In this document: positions 56,847 through 64,000 of the stretch, in pieces
How the letters are laid out: each line of letters begins with the position of its first letter
Position numbering within the stretch: the stretch's first letter is position 1
From: Podarcis melisellensis
Lineage: Eukaryota
DNA length: 64,000 nucleotides
Assembly (NCBI GenBank): GCA_964234715.1
Contig: OZ174279.1
Reading direction: 5' to 3' (one strand)
Program-made: the position numbers and the translations under genes
Notes under the pieces: generated by a model
What the model saw: the letters and a program-made list of their open reading frames with translations, nothing else
What the model was told of the DNA's origin: nothing
The model's database searches: none

Positions 56847-57105
56847 CCATATTTTTTGCTCTATAAGACTCACTTTTTCCCTCCTAAAAAGTAAGGGGAA
56901 ATGTGTGTGCGTCTTATGGAGCGAATGCAGGCTGCGCAGCTATCCCAGAAGCCAGAACAGCAAAAGGGATTGCTGCTTTCACTGTGTAGCAATCCCTCTT
57001 GCTGTTCTGGCTTCTGAGATTCAGAATATTTTTTTTCTTGTTTTCCTCTTCCAAAAACTAGGTGTGTCTTGAGGTCTGGTGCGTCTTATAGAGCAAAAAA
57101 TACAG
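56847..57105. mobile_element. Tc1/mariner-superfamily MITE
   Basis: TIR CCATATTTTTTGCTCTATAAGAC / GTCTTATAGAGCAAAAAATACAG with TA flanks. Confidence 0.88.
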
Positions 57106-59008
57106 TAACTAACACAAAAACAGACTTCGTCATACCTGAAGCAGTACTGAAAAGGCTGTACAAATTGACTAATATTATGTCTTCACGTATCAGGAGGGGC
57201 AGAAACAGGGACTACTGAGAATAAGATGTAAACCCTGCCAAACTAATAGCAAGGTGACCAAACGTATACTTCAAACCTAGAGAGGTTCGCCATGCCAGAA
57301 AAAGCGAATGACCTCAGTATGAACACTGGATGGCAAATCAACTAAGAGCCTTCTAGGGCCCAGCAAATTTCTCCCTAGTTCCATTTGTCCTTGGGAGATC
57401 TAGTGACAGATCGGCCACCCACTATGGCAACATTATTCCAGAAAGTCTATGAACATGGGATAGGTAGTTTAACTAAGATACCAGGAATCTTGATAGCAAA
57501 AGCTCACGCGCCAAGCGCACCAAGTTATCTAGGAATCTTTTCCCATAACCTTGGAAACACCTCTCTGATGGAATAAACATTTCCCCACATTGTGTCAGTG
57601 TCGTAGTAGGTTGTATTAGCAAGCAAGGAACTTCGTTAACTGGTTTAACATACTTAGTTGATGGTTTAACATACCTTCGCTGATCTTCATTGTTTGCGAG
57701 CAATAAACTATGCTCATTTATGGTTAACAGATGTTACAGACTACCGTAGGTCATAGGATCAATATGAATGTTCCAAACAATTTAACTGAAAAGTGTCAGT
57801 TAACATCACCTTTGCGGAGCTATTTTAGACACTCCATGGAGCTTGGACACAAAGACCGAGTTTTTCTTTAAATAGCAAGCCAATGTGTCCTTATCATATT
57901 GCTTTTTAGAAATACCACTATTCAATAAACTAAAGCTCAAACCACCCTTGGACACCCTGCAGTGTTAGAAACTGAGCTATGAAAGCTAGGAGCCAAATAG
58001 CACCTTAAATTTAGGTTATGGGCGCAACAATGGAATGTCCAGGTGCGCTTTTTTATAACAAGAATACAAAGCTGAAAATGAACTACAGCTAAAATACTAT
58101 GTTCGTTTTTCACATGGTCTAGTCCTTCCCCTGCCCACCCCCCTAATATTCTTAAGAGGGTCTCTTCTGCAGTCTTCTGAGAGGAGCTAGAACTGGGGAG
58201 GGAGAAAAGGGTCCTCCTTTCCTTCCACTCTGCGGTTTTAATCTGAAATCTCAGGGTGCAGTATTGTGTCCAGAGCTCAGAAACTGCTTCTGCTAATGAA
58301 ATTCCCTGTCGCAAAATGCACTGAGAACAATGGAAGTTTCGAACACTGACAGACACCCTGTCCAATTTCCTATGACTAGTACCATTCAGCTGCTTTTAAA
58401 CCAATTTCTAAGGAAGCCTGACACTCTAGAGATTGCTAAAGAACTTTAAAATTTCATACACATGTATAGTGAGAGATTACCAGGACAGTGAGAGAAATAA
58501 AAGGAAGTGGTGAGCAAAAAGGAGAGAAAAGTCAAGCTTATTTTTTTTTAAAAAAGGAAGTAACATTGCTGATTTTAGGAGCTGCAATTATTCTCATCCC
58601 AAACAAAAACTGCTAATGAGGCACTTTAAAGAATGCAGTCTATCACATAAGTTTTTCAGATAGAGGAAAAAACGAAATTTCGCTATTCATCACATATTTC
58701 AATCCATGCTGATACCATGACAAGTATTTAGAAGTAAGTGGTTGTATGCAGAAGAAGAAAAATGTATTCTTTTTTTCTACCAGATAATATACTGATTATT
58801 TTTTAAAAGGGCACAATCCTATGGACACTGGGAGGGATCTGAGCCCATAAAAATTTCCAGATCTTCCTCTCTGCAGGCAAAGAGAGACTACATTGTTACA
58901 ATCAATGAAATCACTGATGCTGTTACTCTTCTGCCTTCGGTTCTCTGGCAGCAGGAGTACGTATGTATTTCAAGGCAGTGTCAGGGAAGCAAAGTGTGCT
59001 ATACTTGA

Positions 59009-59466
59009 TGTCAGGGGACTGCCATCGCAACAGGGGAGGGGGCAGGAGAATACAGAGAGCCTCCAACGCTGCTGAGGGAGCAGCTCCTCGTCCAGCAGCG
59101 AGGGAAGCCACACCTCCAGTGGAGCAGAGCGGGAAGTGGATAGCCAGGCGAGGGGAGGGCTCAAAGATGTGACTGAGAGCCCAAGCGCCTCACCTAGCCC
59201 AGCTGGCCAGGAAACAGACATGCCGTTTCTGTCACCCAGCTTGCGCAGAGGGGTGAAACGTAAGGAGGGGAGGCGGAGATTTGGGGTGTCTAAGTTCTTA
59301 TGTTGGGGGAGAAACCGGAAGGGGCCACTACCGGATTCTGCAAGTGACTGAGACGGACATGAACTTTGGGGTTCTGCACTGTAAATAGTTTGCACCAATA
59401 AAACCTGTGAAAGACAGGTCGGAGTCCTGTCTGGTTACTCATGAGCAACCACTTCCAGACCTGACA
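59009..59466 (+). mobile_element. Solo LTR
   Basis: TGTCAGG...CCTGACA inverted termini (TG..CA), 458 bp, AATAAA at 59397-59402; flanks CTTGA / TTTGT. Confidence 0.75.
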
Positions 59467-59474
59467 TTTGTCAT

Positions 59475-60396
59475 CAGGGCCATCTTAAGTATATGTGGCA
59501 CCGGGGTGCAAAGATCCGCCCGGCGCCCCTAGGGTGTCCAAAGTTGTTGACTTTTTTAAGGGAGAGAACCGCCAAAGTTGTTCACCTTTTTTAAAAGAAA
59601 TAGTTGTTTACCTTTAGAAGGGTTGTGGGGCATATGAAGGTGGGTGCAGGTTCCATGCTGGGGGGGGGGGAGAATGTCGGGTGCCACAGTCGCAGCGCTG
59701 TACACCCGCTGCCTCCCCCCCTGCATGGCGGCTAACTGTTTTGGCCGCACGTGTAGCACGCGTAGTGTGGGCGCTGTACGACACATCCTGTTGCGTGTGC
59801 CAAGCTGAAGGCTCCTTTGTTGGCTTTTCCGCTGTCGGTGCACGCTCCCAGTGCCGCCCAACATGAGGTGCCAGCGCAGAACGATGGGGAATGCAAGTGG
59901 CAGCGGAGGAAAAATCTCTAGATGGGATCCACGCACTCCTATTCGTCAGGTTTTGTTGCTGCCGTCGGCAGATCCCACCTGGAGATGTTTCCTCTGCTGC
60001 TGCTTGCATTCCCTGTCGTTCTGCGCTGTCACCCACCTTAGGCAGCTCGGTGCATGCAACAGGATGTGTCATGCAGTGCCCACATTATACGGTGCTCTGG
60101 GCACGGTGCCGAAACAGTTAGCCGCCATGTAGCTGGAGCAAGAGCCGACAGCCAAGCAGAGCAGAGCCCGCTGGAGCGCCACAAGCGGCTTCGTGAGAGT
60201 TTGGGGCCGAGTGTTGGAGTCTGGGAAAGAGCCGCCCGCAGCAGAAGACTCTGTGGTGCTCCGACAGGCTCTGCTCTGCTGTTAGCAGCTCTTCCCCGGA
60301 CTCCAACACTTGGCCCCGGACTCTCAGCCTGGTGCCCCTGAGAACCCAGCGCCCGGGTGCCGTGCACCCCTAGTGCCAATGGTTAAGACGGCCTTG
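59475..60396. mobile_element. Non-autonomous hAT (Tip100-like) element with large internal palindrome
   Basis: TIR CAGGGCCATCTTAA / TTAAGACGGCCTTG; TSD TTTGTCAT / CTTGACAT; internal inverted arms at 59720-60130. Confidence 0.8.
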
Positions 60397-60487
60397 CTTG
60401 ACATGTTGCTGGAGTGAGGGAAAACCAATGGGAAGCAAAGTTTTTAAAAGATGAAAGATACAGGGGGAAGGAAAATGCAGATTGCAG

Positions 60488-60490
<3 letters not shown>

Positions 60491-60518
<28 letters not shown>
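60491..60518. repeat. (CA)n microsatellite
   Basis: About 14 AC units. Confidence 0.9.
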
Positions 60519-63500
60519 TTATTTTGCTCTGCTGGCGCAGGCTTGGCAGTTCTTCCACCTTTGCTCCTCCCTACCCAACCGTAGGATTGCTCTGCCTGAT
60601 TCTTCAGTGGAGATCAAAATAGCTGCTTAGTCTCATGCAAATAGTGAGTGATACAGATGTTCCACTGGGATTGCATTATTATTTTCTTTGAACAACCTTT
60701 CTGACATTATTGCAAACTGTTCTTTGTTTTAAAAATTGTCATGCAGCACAGATGAGGAAAGGAGAACAGACGAAATAAAAGGAGGAAGTGGGAATGGAGA
60801 AGTGATCAAAACTAATTTCATAGCACCCTGGACCCTGACCATTATCCTGAAGCAAAGCAACTGAAACATGACCAGACCTCTGATATAACTAATTTTTCTG
60901 TAGCTTTGCTTGTAAACTTACAAGAGTCCAAATCATAAACAGTGTAACCCTAAGGATGCCTTTTTGGAAGTAAGTTCTGTTGACTTCACTGGGGATTACT
61001 ACCAAGTAAGTGTACCTAGGAATGCAGCCTTAGTCAATGGTAATATGCTTTTTACCCTCACTGACAGCTACAGTACTCTACAGGAAATCATTCACATTCC
61101 ACAGAAGTGTTCTGCATTTTGATTTACTATTTTCTAAACACCAAACTATTTCTAGAAGTCAGCTGAATGCTTTCCCAGAAACCCTGGAAGTCTCAATGAG
61201 TCTGGATTGAAAGAGAATACGGTAAGTTACATAAGAGCAATTTCTCTGCCTCCAAAAGCAACGACTTTTGAGTTCGTTGTCATTGTGATAAACCACTTTC
61301 TAACTATACAAAGCATAAGATACTCTTTTAAGCCATGCATTCAGAAAATGTAATACTCCTGTTTAAAGAAAATATTAGAACAAAAGGAACAATATGCAAG
61401 TTAAAACATAAAACTTATGTATTATTTGCTGTTTTTAAGTACAAAAAATGCATTTCACATTTATGGTGCAGAAAAAAATGTTACTACTGCTTTTATTTTT
61501 TTTTACCAATGACAGTATAAAGCCACATGTGTTGTGCCAGAGATTTAAAAATCCAATTAACAAAATCCATCACAATGATAAATACATCCAACTTCAATAT
61601 CTGAAATATTAACTTCTACGACTAAAGCACTTCTGCATGTAAGTTAATTTCATAGTGTCTGTATTCAGCTTCAGCTTTTAATTTTAGAATATCTTACTAT
61701 ATATAGATTTACTAGATTTAGGGTTCAAGTGCAAGGTAACAGTAAATGGCTTGTTTATTCACAGAGAAATGAGACCATAGTATGAATAACGTATTGAGGT
61801 TAAAACTTCAAACGAAGTTATTAAAAATGGATGATGGGAAAATGGTTCAGAGTAAGATTCAAGTAAAATCTTCTGGCTTTTTCACAAGTGAAGATGCACT
61901 TTACCAATTGCTTTTATTCAGAATTTTTTTTTTAAGAACAAAATGAACATCTACAACAGCATAACCATTGCTTTTAACAACCTAGCAGCTGAAAGCAAGT
62001 TGCACGTCTCAATGGTATGCATCCAATACTCAGTTGTTTAACTGTCAGATTTGCCTTAGTGTTGTATGGAAAGTAACACAGCAACACTGGGTCAAAAGTT
62101 GAAACACTGACTGGCAGTAGAGATTAAAAACATGAATTTCATTCTCTCCATTACTGAAGTTCTATGCAAAGGTAAGAGACACCTTGCTTGAGCACAATAA
62201 TGGATTATCTTCCTTTCAGGAATTACAGACAAAGGATTGTATCCAACACTGTCTGAACACAAGTGGGACATCCACTTCCACAACAGAACTTCAATTTCCT
62301 CTCCTCCGCCTACAATCCCATGCTTACCCCCAAAATTTGCTACCAGTCACTCTGATGTCACAATGACATCAGGTGATGGACACATCTCAAAGTGCAGTGC
62401 TGAAGCACCTGACAATCAACTAGTTGTTGAGGGCTTTGGAACCTCTGGCCCACAGGCCAGATTTGCCCCACCATATCTTCCCATTTGGGCTGTAGAGTCT
62501 TACACAGCAATGATCCGCCTTACCAGGGCAGCTGGGCATGGGTTGGTCAAAACAGCCTTGTGGGCCAAAAGGGAAGCCCTGGTGGGCCAAATCAGTCCCA
62601 CAAGCAGATACTCACTACACCAGGACAGAGGAACAATTTTTGTCAACGCTGCAACCACTAAGTCATGAAGCACTGAATGAACATGGGTATTTGTGCCAAG
62701 AGCTTGCATGTGTGAATGGGATATCACAGGCAACAGCGAATAAAACCCATAGAGCAAGGGGTGCTGGACACCAATTCCCATCAACCCCAGCCAGCACGGC
62801 CAAAAGTAAGAGACCATGGGAGCTGGGAGTCCAGTGAAATCTGAAAGGGCATGTAGTTTAAAGCCTACATGTAAAAAACTTGCCCCCATTTAGCACAGAG
62901 AGAGAGTGAGGGAGTTAATAGTTGCTTTTCTGGGTAAGAATGAACCGTAATGCAAAATCTCTAAGATGAAATACTGTAAATAACAAAGCCATATTTTTGG
63001 CTTCCTTCCAGACTGGGATCAGGAAGTTGTCAAGGGCTCTAGGTTTCATGAGAGCCAACTCATAGCTCATCAGTATCATCCACCAAACCCATATGAGAAA
63101 TCTTGCATTTCTTGTGTGTCCTCTAACTGCTGCTGCAAGGTTAAGCTCACAATTAAACTGCAGTTAAATTTACTGGTTAGCCATTTTATCTTGCACTGCA
63201 CTGCTGTTTTATTGTTTTGGTAGTTTTGTAATATTTGTAGCAATACCAGCCAGCCAGTGAAGTGTGAGTTACAAGTTTCATAAACAAGCAGACTACTTGA
63301 GTTCTGCAACTTGTTCAGCTGCAAATTATGAATATTTAGGACTACCAAACACACACCACAGATATTTACTTCAGCCTAATAACAACCAGCGTACACATCT
63401 ACAAAATTCCAGACAAAGTACTTAACAGTCCAATCCCATCCAAAAACCCACTTTGTTCAATGGGATTTGATTCAAGATGACTATAAATGTACCTAGTCTC

Positions 63501-64000
63501 TAAACCAATACTGTTCTGCAGCGCAAAAAGTATAGATTTTGGATTATGTTTCTAGGTTGCATAAAGACTATGAGTGTCACACTCAGAAGGGGCAACATAT
63601 TTGATTACAATGGGTCCAAGTATAACTAACGTTGAATAGCATCCTCTGTTCTAGCAACTAGCTAAGATGCATGTTGTTTCAGGAAATATATTTATTTCAG
63701 AATAGGAAAACTAATTTAAAGCTATTCTTTTCTTGCAGATTTAAATTACTTTGATTTAATATATTCTACCAATAGATCTCTTCAATGGACTACATTCACA
63801 CAAGCAACTACCAAGCAACAACTGTGCAATTATTTGTACATTTATGCAAGAACTACCCTATCTATTTAAACTTAAATTGAAGCCATAATTTGAACCCCTG
63901 CCACATCATTTTATGACTCATCTAATCCAAATTAGTTGTTCCCCACCTCCACAGATACAGAAAGTTTATTATTCTTATGCATGCAGACTAAATTATTTTT

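Noticed and set aside
57130-57703. Possible extra TBC1D12 exon (CAG|GTATGA donor at about 57135 and a 76-aa ORF)
   Set aside because: In the required phase there is a stop codon about 12 codons upstream of the donor, and no similarity to the expected TBC1D12 exon 2 peptide (PGWKLFGK)
58970-60379. Several 110-150-aa ORFs
   Set aside because: They lie in the GC-rich LTR and hAT relics, with no gag/pol or transposase signatures

Overview
Eukaryotic (vertebrate) genomic DNA, most likely a squamate and probably a lacertid lizard, judging from Sauria SINE copies and reptile-type L1, hAT and Tc1/mariner MITEs. Three spliced protein-coding genes were reconstructed by hand with GT-AG junctions and consistent phases. 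(1) The 3' end of PLCE1 on +: 7 coding exons, 662-7417, covering the C2 domain, RA1/RA2 and the C-terminus, plus a probable 3'UTR intron. (2) A complete NOC3L on -: 21 exons, 30206->14650, 796 aa, with a CpG-rich promoter. (3) The 3' 11 exons of TBC1D12 on -: 49356->34432, with intact TBC R- and Q-fingers; its 5' exons were not found in the window. The rest is intronic or intergenic DNA rich in transposon relics, with a 134-N assembly gap. Most notable observations: TBC1D12 is flipped relative to the human/mouse arrangement as I recall it, which places its 3' end about 2.6 kb upstream of NOC3L with in-frame read-through potential; a candidate 9/27-nt NOC3L microexon; a MITE family carrying ZNF143/THAP11-type motifs, one inverted pair of which sits in the NOC3L CpG island; and a solo-LTR/hAT pair sharing one target site. 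No prokaryotic system or CRISPR array is present. Comparisons to human proteins are from memory, not from database searches.
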